Source of the DNA: Octopus vulgaris
Taxonomy: Eukaryota
Assembly (NCBI GenBank): GCA_951406725.2
Contig: OX597829.1
Coordinates: forward strand, 55,056,001-55,120,000
Reading direction: 5' to 3'
DNA length: 64,000 nucleotides
Each line of letters starts with the position of its first letter. Position 1 is the stretch's first letter. A program made the translations under genes and the position numbers. The notes beneath the pieces were generated by a model. The model did no database searches. It was not told where the DNA came from and saw only the letters and a program-made list of their open reading frames with translations. Below, one piece after another: positions 25,800 through 37,607 of this stretch.

Positions 25800-26800
25800 G
25801 TGTTGCTTCAGAAAATATCGATCCCACATACGGACTCTTCCTGAACCCAGAGATTAAGGTGGTACTGGACAAGATAATAGTGCAGGCCATACCACCCACC
25901 CATCTTTTGATGACTAGTCTTTCCTGGAATGGCCTGCTTTTTAGTGCTAGTTAGAAGTTGAAATGACATCATGGTTGCATTGATGTGGCTAGGTGGGACT
26001 TGCTGATTGGAGAATGGGGAGAAAAGCCTCACAAACCTGTTCAGATATTTCCAATGGGTATTGATTAGAATTGTCAAACTGACTAATGTAGTCATGGACA
26101 AACTACATTGTTTGCTACAGATAGTATCCGGATATTGTGTAGGTATTGATGAAACTTTTCACCGGAGGCCCATAGTTAACTTCCAGAAATCCCTGGCCTG
26201 GCAGTACTAAGGGAGAGCATTTCCAATTTAAGATAAATTCTACACAAGTGCTGTTAACTGGGCCTGTTTAAGATGTGTGTAGGTCAACAAAACTATTCTA
26301 CATGTACTTGTCCATTGCCGGATTGTAGAATTATGTCAAATAGCTGCTGTTGCATGTAGGATGAATTCAGCTTTCAGTCAAGTCTATTCTGGAAATTGTT
26401 TCACTGCCTTTTCTTTTTTTAGTCAGGTAGTCAGGAAGAGCAAGCATCTCTGTGGCAGTTTTGGCTAAAGAGTTTGTGTTGTGGAGATTGAAAAGGCTAA
26501 GACCCTCATCAACTTTTTCAAGTTTCATTTGGAAAAGGAAGGTAACAGTTGAGAGGGAGACACTGCCCTCCCCCCCAAAAAAAATTGGTTGAAAGGTTGA
26601 ATGGGAGTGTCAAGCATAGTTTCAATGAAGGACCCTTGTGAAGGATCATGTGAATGATCAGAGACAGCTGGGACTGGGTTCATGCCTTAATGGTCTTGGT
26701 GACTAGTTTCCTTTCTTTTGAGGACGTTTCTTTGTTTAAATTTTTGGTTTTTATTGTTTTTGTTATTTCACTTGTTTAACTCTTTTTTTCTTCTATGTAA
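25800..26800 (+). mobile_element. Tx1/L1-like LINE 3' relic
   Basis: NFQKSLAWQY..DKFYT and KTILHVLVHC resemble the zf-RVT C-terminal region. Confidence 0.5.
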
Positions 26801-27644
26801 TTCCATACAGCATTATCCTCTACAGTCGTTATTTTTTTCCAATCACTATGGTTAAAAAAAAGGAAGCGTTATTATTAGTTATATTAAGGCAGCAAGTTGG
26901 TGGAATCGTTAGCATGTTGGAGAAAATAGCATTTCTTCTGACTCTTTATGTTCTGAGTTCAAATTCTGCCAAGATCAACTTCACCTTCCATCCTTTGAGA
27001 GTCAGTGAAATAAGTACCAGTTCTGCACTAGGATTGATGTAATCAACTTACCCACTCCTCTAAAATTGCTGGCCTTGTGCCAAAATTAGAATTATTGTTG
27101 TTGTTACTGTTATTGCTTTAGGTTGGCAGAAATGTTTGAGCATCAGAAAGGAATCCCTTTCAGTATTTGTTGTAGCTTTTTACATTCTGTGTTCTAATCA
27201 CACCAAGGTTGAGATTGCCTTTCATTCCTTCAAGGTCAATCAAATGAAATACTAATCAAGCCCTGGGGGTTGATAGAATTGGCTAAGCCGTGTCTCCTCA
27301 GAATTGCTCGTTTTGTACCTAAATTAAAAGCCTTTTCTTTTTATCACTAAGATTGTGCACTTCTCTAAATGGTAGAAGTTTTGATATACTCAAATGTTTT
27401 AAGGCATTCTTCTAAATTTCTAGAACATTCTTCTTTATAAATAAATAGTCATTGACAGAATTTTTGTCCTTCCACTCTCATACTCTTATCTCTACTGATG
27501 AAGCATTATTATATACATTTATTATTGATCCCTGCTTTGGTAAACATGATTGTTCAATTAAATCAGACTCTTACTTTCTTTTACCAAAACAAATACAACC
27601 AATTAGCATTATTCCAGTTACACTAATTCACCAGTCTCTCTCTC

Positions 27645-27729
27645 TCTCTCCTCTCCTCTCCTCTCCTCTCCTCTCCTCTCCTCTCCTCTCCTCTCCTCTC
27701 CTCTCCTCTCCTCTCCTCTCCTCTCCTCC
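27645..27729 (+). repeat. (CTCCT)n pentanucleotide microsatellite
   Basis: Seen directly. Confidence 0.95.
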
Positions 27730-28890
27730 AAACAAACCAACCAGCCTACTGGTGGCTCTGTTCCTTTTCTTATCACTTTACTATGAGTCTTTAAAAGCAT
27801 TATGAGGGGTTGCTCCTCGGTCAAACAAATTCACCATTTTACTGTAAACCTTTCCTTCAACCACTTCTAACAAACTGTACTCTCCAAACAAAACCAATCT
27901 ACAATAAGTTCCTTTCCTCTTCTTACTTCAAATTTGTGAGCCCTGTTAGTATTTGTTGATGAGATATGAGCCATAGTGAGAGTGATCCAATTAGAAGATC
28001 AGAAACCCTGCAGGGGGAAGATGATTATAACTACAAGATCAGTATGAAAGAACTATGGAACCCACAAGCAAACTGCAGTATAGATGACCCATCCAGGAGA
28101 GTAGTAGTTCTGGAAACTGGCATAGTGTAGTGAGAATCTTTCTAGTGCTAGTAACACGATAAAATGCATGTAGTCCATGCCGCACACTGGGTGGTGATAG
28201 GAAAGGCAACAAACCAATTAAATCATACCAAAATAAAATGATCAGAACTGGACTAAAACTTACCATATTAGTATAGTTCATGGTGGTGGGTTGATCTGTT
28301 TGGAACATGTAAATGTGAATGACAACAAACCCTCAATGATAATGAAATGATTAAACCAACTCTCTTTCAGATGTAGATAATACATATTAATCCATTCAAC
28401 TCTAAAAACTCCCATATTTCTGTGAATTACTAAAATTCAGATCAACCATAATGAATGGACGATGGAAGATAGGTCTAGAGAGACTTTAGAGATGTAGGAA
28501 GAGAGTCAAGTAAGTAATGCATTGAGAACAAGAGGTGAGGTAGAAAGGAGCCTTGGTTAGGTGTTTTATGGATGAGGAAAACATGAAAAATTTTGTGGAT
28601 GAGAAACATCACTAGGATGGGTAGTCTTGGCAATTATTTTGTAGTTATTATTGAGTTGCAAGAAAACTCTTTCATGTAAGGTAATCTTGTTTGCTTTGTT
28701 TTGTTTCAGTTTATATTCAAAAATTTAACTTTTGTAGGGGTGAGGGAACTGCCTATTTTGTATTTTCATGCTGTTAAATTGTCAAAATTAACAATTAACT
28801 GAATTCTTTTTTTCCTCCCTACATTTTGGTGAGTGAAGCAAGTTGCTTTCTTTCAATAGGTTAATGCATATTTTTGTTTTACATTTTCAG

Positions 28891-29508
28891 ATGGGATCTA
28901 AATCAAAACTATTGAAAGTAGTTTTGCTTGGAGATGGAGGTGTTGGTAAAAGTTCCTTGATGAACCGTTTTGTAAGCAACAAATTTGATACTCAGTCATT
29001 CCATACCATTGGCGTAGAATTTCTAAATAAAGAGATCTCAATTGGTTCTGAAAGTTACACCATGCAAATTTGGGATACTGCTGGTCAAGAAAGATTTAAA
29101 AGCTTACGGACACCATTTTATCGTGGTGCTGATTGTTGTCTGCTGACATATGCTGTTGATGATGTAAAAAGTTTTGAAAATGTTTCAATGTGGAAGAAAG
29201 AATTTCTCTATTATGCTGATATTGATGATGAAAGCACATTTCCTTTTGTAGTTATTGGCAACAAAATAGACGTTGGACAAAGACTGGTTTCTTATAATAC
29301 TGCCAGTGAATGGTGTGAGAAAAATGGGCACGTTCCATACTTTGAGACCAGTGCAAAAGATTCCACTAATGTTGAAGTTGCATTCACAGCTGCTGTGAAG
29401 CGATTAAAAGACCTTGAAGATAAATGTGCTGAAGTAAAGCCCTCCCATGGAAATACAGTTGACTTGAACAAGAAGAAAGAATCTCAGTCCACTGGTTGTT
29501 GTAACTGA
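28891..29508 (+). CDS. RAB9: Rab9 small GTPase, 205 aa, single coding exon
   Basis: G1 GDGGVGKS, effector FHTIGVEF, G3 WDTAGQERF, KSLRTPFYRG, G4 GNKID, G5 ETSAKD and C-terminal CCN prenylation motif. These are Rab9-type, not Rab7 (GDSGVGKT/ATIGADF). The ATG directly follows the acceptor tttttgttttacattttcag. Confidence 0.96.
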   Translation: MGSKSKLLKVVLLGDGGVGKSSLMNRFVSNKFDTQSFHTIGVEFLNKEISIGSESYTMQIWDTAGQERFKSLRTPFYRGADCCLLTYAVDDVKSFENVSMWKKEFLYYADIDDESTFPFVVIGNKIDVGQRLVSYNTASEWCEKNGHVPYFETSAKDSTNVEVAFTAAVKRLKDLEDKCAEVKPSHGNTVDLNKKKESQSTGCCN

Positions 29509-29584
29509 GGATATTTTGATAACGGTTTTGTGCTATTAACAGCACTTTACCCTTTCACTCTATTATCATTGTCTGTGACCAAGA

Positions 29585-29590
29585 AATAAA
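29585..29590 (+). terminator. Proximal polyadenylation signal candidate
   Basis: AATAAA about 77 nt after the Rab9 stop, followed by T/GT-rich sequence. Confidence 0.35.
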
Positions 29591-32500
29591 ATTTTAAATC
29601 ATTTTTATTGTATGTATATAAGTATATATGTTTATATAATTCTCAGTATCTATCAGTGATATTTTTCTTTATTGCACTAGCTCTAATATACATGTTATGA
29701 AAAACCTATTGTAATGGCAAGTTTAACTAACTTGATTAAACGTTTTATGTAACCGACATCTCAATATGTTCTGGGTGTTATATATATTTTAGGAGATTAT
29801 AGTTTAGTAATATACAATTAAATATAATGCAATAAGTTTTTTTGTTTTCTGCTATTGCCATATTTTAATCATTATTTATTGCTAATATTTAGGTAGAGCC
29901 ATCTCAGTTTCTGTCACACATTCATCATGGTATGTTGCTCATCATCATCATAGTACTGTGAAATGATCCCAACATCGTTTTAATGTTAATCTCAATAATT
30001 ATTTGCTATAAAAGATCTTTTAATTGTAAATATTAGCAAAAATATTGTTAAAGCTGCTTCAAAATAAGATTCATTACAACAACCCTTTTCAATTATACAG
30101 ATGTTATGTATGCCTTAGATATATGTGTCTTTATATCCTTTTCATGAAATACATAGTACTTAAATTTAATTTTTGATAAACTTTGGTTTTTCATGATTCT
30201 CTTTCTTGATTTCAAACCTAGTTAAAAATCTGTTAAAAATTCTTTTTGTTTTAAAAAGAACAGATTTTGAAAGTGATTCTACATAAATATGTCATTAGGT
30301 GTTATATCAAGATTTTAAAAAAACAAAAGACAATTTCTTTGTTTCGTGTTTATTTTTATATTTAAAGAAATTTTAGTTTGGTTTTTTTTTTTCTTTTTAA
30401 ATGAATTTTGTTTTAAAGAAAGCTGGTTTAATTCAGAAACTAAGAATTTTTTTATTTGAAAATTTACTAACTCCTCATGCAAAGAAGAAGTATTTTTAAA
30501 TTGATGCAGTTACATGCGTGTTGTTTTGGTATGTTGACGGTTTCATAAAACCTTATTTTCACAATGTATTAGAAGTTATCTCAAATCAAGGTTACTATTT
30601 TCAGTTTTAAGAATTAAAAACTTAATTTAAGTTTTAACCTAACACAAAGTTTTATACAGAATTTAGAATCCAAATGTTAAAACATTTTACCTTTATCTTT
30701 GATTAATTTATTTTCAATTTTATTCTTGAGAGAAAATGAAATTCTTTTGAGGTAGCATGTCTTCCAAAATAAATTAAGTACTTGGACATTTTTCTGAAGC
30801 ATCAACATCTTGCATATTTCTGTGATAAATATTGACTTCCCTGATAGTTTCATTGGTTTCTTTCTCTCTATTCTCCAGTTAGCGTATTCCTCTGATGTTG
30901 TATTTCTTCATTTATTTTATACTTGGACTAGGATTAAACTTATAAAAATAAATTGCTAATAGGTTTTAATGCTTTTATCCACATTTTCACAACACAACCA
31001 TCAATTTCAGTGATATTCAGTCCAATGTGCAACTACATTGAACTGAGTTACTGAGATTTTTTTTCCTCTCCACTATACATACTACCTCTGATTTTTCCTT
31101 TTTCTTCTTATTTTCTCTTTTTAAGTTTCTAGTGTAGTTATTTACCTGTAATGAATTCCTCATACATGTCATTCCATTTCTTACTGTTTCTTTCATTCTC
31201 TTGTGAACTGATGTTTTTCAGGTTTGATCTGTAAAAATCGTTATGTTACCTTCAAATAACTGTTTTTACAAATGGTTTAGTATATTTTATATGTAATTCT
31301 TCAATCCACCCATCTCGTTGGTAAATTTTATCCAAAGCATTTTCTGCTGAGTATGGTATTACTATTGAATGTGTGTTGAGTATAAAAGGATTAGGGTGGT
31401 CTGCTGTTTATAATGGAGTTAATTGTTTGCTAACATATATATAAGCGAGGTTGTGGTTTAAGTGATGCTTTCATTAGTTGTATATCCTTAAAATATCCCA
31501 TAAATATGTCGGTTGTTACTTGTGATAAGGGAAATTTCAAAGCCATCTTTTTTATTTATTTTTATTGTTATTATTGTTTCAGTTGGAAGTGAATACTTAA
31601 TTGCAATAACATTTTCATTTTGCTTATCAAGTACTATTTTTATTGTCTCTTGCTATATGTCTTTTTCCAGGCTGATTCTGACAACTGATACTGCTTCACT
31701 GGTTAGAACTGTTCTGAACAAGCTAATCATAACAAGGCTAATCATTTGATTTTGATCAATTCTACTTTTGCATACTGACATTAAGCCTTATTTGAACTCT
31801 AACTTTGTATTTTTGGTTAACTTGTTTTGTTATGAGCTGTCATTATTATATGCAAGTTAGTTCTTGTTCTGTAATAAACTATACAACTTTATTGTTAAGG
31901 TAGGTTCTTTATTTTACCTCAAAGCAGTATGATTAGTGTGTTAGACTATTTCCTTTCTATTTTTATATTAACCATTCTGACATCCGCCTGTCTCTGACTG
32001 CTTCTACTTCTATGATACAAGACTTTATCCCAGCAAATTGTTGATTATTTTCAAAGTTAACTGAACTATGCAGGCTGTACTTTTTATTAGAAATCTGGTC
32101 ACAATTCATGCTCGAAAGTTATATATTGTCATCTTGCTTGCATTTGCTTTTGGATCTCATTCATTATACTAAAGGCGGTGCTCCAGCATGGCCACAGTCG
32201 AATGACTGAAACAAGTAAAAGAGTATTATACCTGACCTCAGCTATATTTTGGTTAACTCCTGACATAGCTTAATCTCAGAGAAATTGAACGTGCGCATAT
32301 AAAGTATTTGATTCCAATAGCTTGACTTCTTGGACTAAATGCCTTTGCTTAAATGTATTTCCTGAGCAAAACCTTTCCGAGTGAAGAAAGCTAGGTTGGC
32401 ATGCTTCTTACTGTAACATTTTTTGCGAGAAAAAGGAAAGAAACATTCATATAATCAAGTGTTTAAATACATACAAAGAGTGCGCCAAATGCAAGTTGTC

Positions 32501-35500
32501 AGGTAGAACAGATTCCTGTACCAAGTTAGGTAGATATTTATGTCATGGTTTTCACATTGTCCGTTTCCCGGGGTTGAACTACTTGTTTGAGTACCACTAT
32601 CATGCAAGAAAGACTCAAATTCAGAAGACATGAATTCTTTGGTTGGAATAATGGACATATTCAGTTGAAGACAAAACATAAGTATTATGCTCAAGCATGA
32701 GATGACATTTATTGAAGGAATTTTGAGAACAATGAGAATATTCATTGACAACAATCAAGATATTTAGTGTAAGACAATGAAGGTACCAGACCTTTAAAAC
32801 CAACGCCTTTGTGGTGAAAGGGACACAGATCGGATGAACTGATGTAATACTAGGATTTTAACATGTTGGTGAATGTAACATCTGGATATGATGCATTTAA
32901 TGTTGTGCCTTGAATATGGAAGATTTTGTACTTGATCAAAATGCAACAATATTGTATCACAGATAGCAGAGGGATTTGTGGAGCCCTAAAAGGTTACTTC
33001 TGTAAAGAAATGCCATGTAAATAGTATATCTGTAGCAGCATTAAAGAATCCTGGACAATGTAAGAATTAGCAGAGTGGCATTATCTAATATTTAGTATTT
33101 TATTTTTTATGTTATGTTTCAATAATATGAGCTACAGATTTCAGATCTGTCACTAATCATTTGCCTAAAAATAAAAAAAATTTAAATGGTGCCATATTTT
33201 TGGCAGCCTAGAATACAGGTAGATTTTGATGAAAATTTACATTGTCATTTTGGATTTACAAGCAACTTTTAAGAATTTAGATAAAACTATTTCTTTTTGG
33301 CATTACCACATATGGTTATTTCATCTAAATAGGTGTACATTTATTTTCATGAAAAAGATTCTTTGTAATCATTTGAAATACTCAATGTCCTTTATAAGAC
33401 ATTTAAGCTAAAACAGTTGATGATCTGAAATGATAAATACTAATGTAATGGTACTAAATACCTTATAAGAAGATATATTGTTAGCTATGTTATCTAAGTA
33501 GGTGAATTTAAACCTCAAAAAAGTGAAGTACCAGCATCCTTTTAGTGTTACAGCCAACATGTACCTGTGCACACTAGAACTTGATAATGTTTTCTTTTCA
33601 GCATTTTACTCATTTTTGTCTGGAAGAACTCTGCTGGATTAAAATTTATAGGATTTTGTAATTACAAAAGTTTAAAATCTAGCAACTAATTAGAAAAAAA
33701 AAACTGGACAAATTGTTTTATTATTAAAAAATTGATGTTACCTTTATGAGCTAGTCCCACCCCTCAAAATTTCAGGCCTTGTGCCTGTAGTAGAAATAAT
33801 AATAATTATTATTATTGGCAACCAAATATCAAACCTCCATGTGTGACTGGGGACCACCAAAAATTACACTTTAAGCAGGTAAAAGTTTACTACATAAAAA
33901 AAAAGCACTGAGTATAATTCCTGTACAACAATCAGGTAGTAGATGAAAACGTTTTTTTTTCTATGGCTGGTCTTTTAACTTTAATTCTAGTTCCACAGAA
34001 ATCTACATGAATGAGCATGCCAACCTGTTTTTGAAAGATTCTGTCGATGAGGTATGTCTGTTAAAAGGATAACCCTTAGGTTATGCATAATTTATTAGGA
34101 GATGAATTATTCATAATTACCTTTGTCAATGTGTCCTTTTATAGAAATTTCATAAATGGCTGTCAGTGATAGTCTTTTAAAGCATAAAGTATATAGGCAA
34201 GTGTTACAAACATGTTGCAGAAAATTATCTCATAAACAATGCCTTTCATACCCAACAAGGTACTGAATTTTCTTCTTGAAGAGCATTCATAGATTTGCAT
34301 GTTTTTTGTGGCTATTCTCAATGCACAAACCTACATCTAAGGCTGAAGTCAGAGCTAAATTCAGGTTCACATCTCAACTTTGTCTTTCCATCCGTCTGGG
34401 GTAGATAAAACAAAATATTACGTACCAGGGTTGATGATATTTGACTGACCACCCTCTCCCCAGCTCTTTTTCAAAATTGTTGGCCTTTTGTCTAAATCAG
34501 AAACATTTATTACTTTTATTTACATAAAATATTACAATTATACTTGATTTCACTTGGAGATGCAAACAGCTGAGATGAAAAAATAAAAAAGACATTGCTT
34601 AGTTTGGTTCTTTGTTATTTTATGAAGATAATGGGGTTTTTTTTTTTTTCCTGATTAGGGAATTGGTCTTATTATTTCTCTGAATTTTATATTCTTCATT
34701 ATCTGAGTAATAACATTGGTTAAAGGTCTACAGATATAATGGCACGAGTGAAAAGTATATTGGAGCAAATCTAGCAAATGCCTGGATTTTTTTATCAGTT
34801 TTCCTTTCTCAATAATATCCATGTCATATTTATATATATAACATGATCAAAAATGTTCCCTCCTTGGCCATCCATGTTCTTGTATATCACAGACTACCTT
34901 GTCCAATGTGTCCCTTTTTTAAAAAACAGCAATGTATGACTTGAGTGAATTTGGCTGCTATTTTTAGCAACTTTGTAGGGGTTTGTCTAACTCTAAAGAT
35001 GTTTCGTAGGAAGATGTGTATAACTTATCAATGTAAATAACCTGAGCTCTTAAACTGATGTTTGATTTATTAGTTTGCAATACTGAGTTCAGTTTCTCAT
35101 GCATGAAAAGCTACTTGCAATAGATAAGTGTCTTATCTGGGAGGGAGATTTGTCTATATATTAATACAGAAACTAACTGAAAATTAACACCTGCCCCATG
35201 GATACTTACAATTCTTAAAAAGTGGGTTACTTGTTGGGAAATAATATCCTCTTAATCATTTGATTAGTTTCAATGTATTTGAAGCAGTTATTAAGGTCCA
35301 CAGAACTTAGTTGAATTAATGTAGCTTTTTAGCTTTGTAAGAGAAATAATCCTCATTCAATAACCTCAAAAAACATACCCTCATTCTATTTTTTTCTTTG
35401 TGTACATTTCATTGCAAGAACTAATTCATCTTGAGATATTGTTTTGCTATTAAAAACAATTCCTTTTCTCACGTCCTCTTAACATTGTAAATCCCTATAT

Positions 35501-36582
35501 AACTTGTCTTTTAATGTTGTATTTAGACTCTTGCATATTTTCCTATCTATTTTTTTTTTTTGTTCTTATATGTTCTGATTTGGCAGAGTATACTGCCAAC
35601 ATGCAGCCCACTTCCTGGTTGAGCCAAAAGCTCTAGTCAAAGACATGCAATAGATTGCATTTGAAATGTAAATACTTCAGTGTTGCTATATCACAGCTTT
35701 CTCATGCATTTATCACTTATTTTACAGAAATTCTTTCTACACGCAATAAGGTCTCTCTCTCTTCCTTTTTTTTTTTTTTTTTTTACTCATAATGGTTTCA
35801 GTCTAGACTCGAGTTAAAATTGATGATGCAATTGTAACTATCACTATCTTTCATTCTGACCACATTTGGCTGGAATGTTGATTACCTGGCTTTCTGGTGT
35901 TTCTTGGACTATCTATCTGTATCATAAGACTCAGACGCCTTGTGCTGTCTTCATTTTAACACCACAATAGTGAGACCAATACTGTTGATATTCAATTTAG
36001 TTAGAGTTGAGAGAAGGTTTGGGTGATGAATAACAGCAGTAACTGAATGATCCAATGTAATGGATTTAGAGATTATGGTGGTTTGAAGATGAAAAGAGGA
36101 GGTTAAGGCTGTTTCAGTATACTGTAGCCATATCTGCTATGCATACCAGAGTTACCACCCTTGGCAATATCACTATATGTGAGTAAATGACCACGAGTTT
36201 ATGGAGGGTTACAACTAATTGGATAGACACTGTATATCCCTAATAATTTAGACTCTTGAGCAAAATGAACTCGGCTCATAAAGCAGGAAATCTCAGCTCT
36301 TCTTAATGCTAATCCACTGCTATTATTTTACTTTAAAAGTAAATGATAATAATCACTTGACAGATCTTAAGGGAATTTCTACATCATGTTACTTAGATCT
36401 CTTACATTGAGACCCTTGATTAAAACAAAGTCTTTGCTGTTGTCAAGAAGAAGAAAAATACCTTTGATTTGATATTGAATGAAAATTTCCTCATTACCAT
36501 TGTTATTCAGTCAGAAGATTTCTGACAAGATCTTTCTAAACATAAGCTGGCATAGCTCTTTCTGAGTTGCAGAATGTCTTAA

Positions 36583-36783
36583 CTCTTCAGTATTTAGATT
36601 ATTCTGTCAAATGTATTGCTTATTCATTCACACTATTTTAAATTAATCACACATTATCCCGTAGCTTCAAGATTTCAATGATGCTATTATTTTTTAGAAT
36701 GACATTGAGAGGCTGTACTTAACTAATTTGAACATAAAACATAGAATATCTGTACCTGAGATGGCTGATTTCAATGCTAAGGT
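36583..36783. mobile_element. piggyBac-like MITE
   Basis: TTAA on both sides; reverse-complement homolog at 17682-17850 begins TTAA-CCCTTT. Confidence 0.5.
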
Positions 36784-37377
36784 TTAAAGCTCATTGCATT
36801 TTCCCCACTCTACTTTTATTCCAGTCACACTCCTGTGTTACTAGAATTAATTCTCTATCTTTTACTTCTGACTTTATCTGCACAACCTAAAAAGCTGCCA
36901 TATCTCGTAAACTTTTTTGATAGAGACATCCAAAATATTCTATAATTTGAACTTGACAACTTCAATGGTACTGACACTCAGATATTAACTTTGAACAGCT
37001 GCTAACTTCTCAGAAAGCTTAGATATGTCTTATACAGAATTACTGCACACTAATTAGGCGCAGTTCTCCAACTACACAAAAATACATTCTAGTCAGTGTG
37101 TATTAAAGGAGCAACCCCCAACCCCCTTCAGTTAGACAATATTCCATACTGATCCCGCAATAACCATAGCTTTGAGTTAGTTGACAGTGTGCAATTTTCT
37201 TATCTAAATCCATTCAAATCCTTCATTATCTCTACTCTTTCTAATCAACACTCAGAAACAAACTTTACCAAATCCTTCAGAATTTCCTTTCAGCTTGTGT
37301 TTTCTACTTGGCGAGTAGAGTCTTGTCAGATAAAAAACAATAATTGAGAGAAGCTTCAAATATTTTTTATTTGCTTA

Positions 37378-37607
37378 TAGTGGTTCTCAACCAGATTCTG
37401 CTGTTAAAATTTATGAGCAATAAATTGGATATACTTCTACAATGAATGAAATATATTAATTTTTTTTTTTCATTATTACAATTCCTAATAATACTTGATT
37501 ATAAAAATCTAATAGGATTTTTAACATACCAAATGGCTATGAGGGTCCATCTGATTAAACTAGGAACCAAAGGGGTTCCATAGGTGGTAGATGGTTGAGA
37601 GCCACTG
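37378..37607. mobile_element. hAT-Charlie-like MITE
   Basis: TIRs tagtggttctcaacc and ggttgagagccactg; TSD not preserved. Confidence 0.6.

Noticed and set aside
28843-28890. N-terminal extension MLSFNRLMHIFVLHFQ of the Rab9 ORF
   Set aside because: It is the branch point, polypyrimidine tract and AG of an intron; Rab homology starts at ATG 28891.
32455-32990. Protein-like minus-strand ORFs in a slightly GC-richer patch
   Set aside because: No recognisable domain, no consistent frame with splice sites, and no partner exons.
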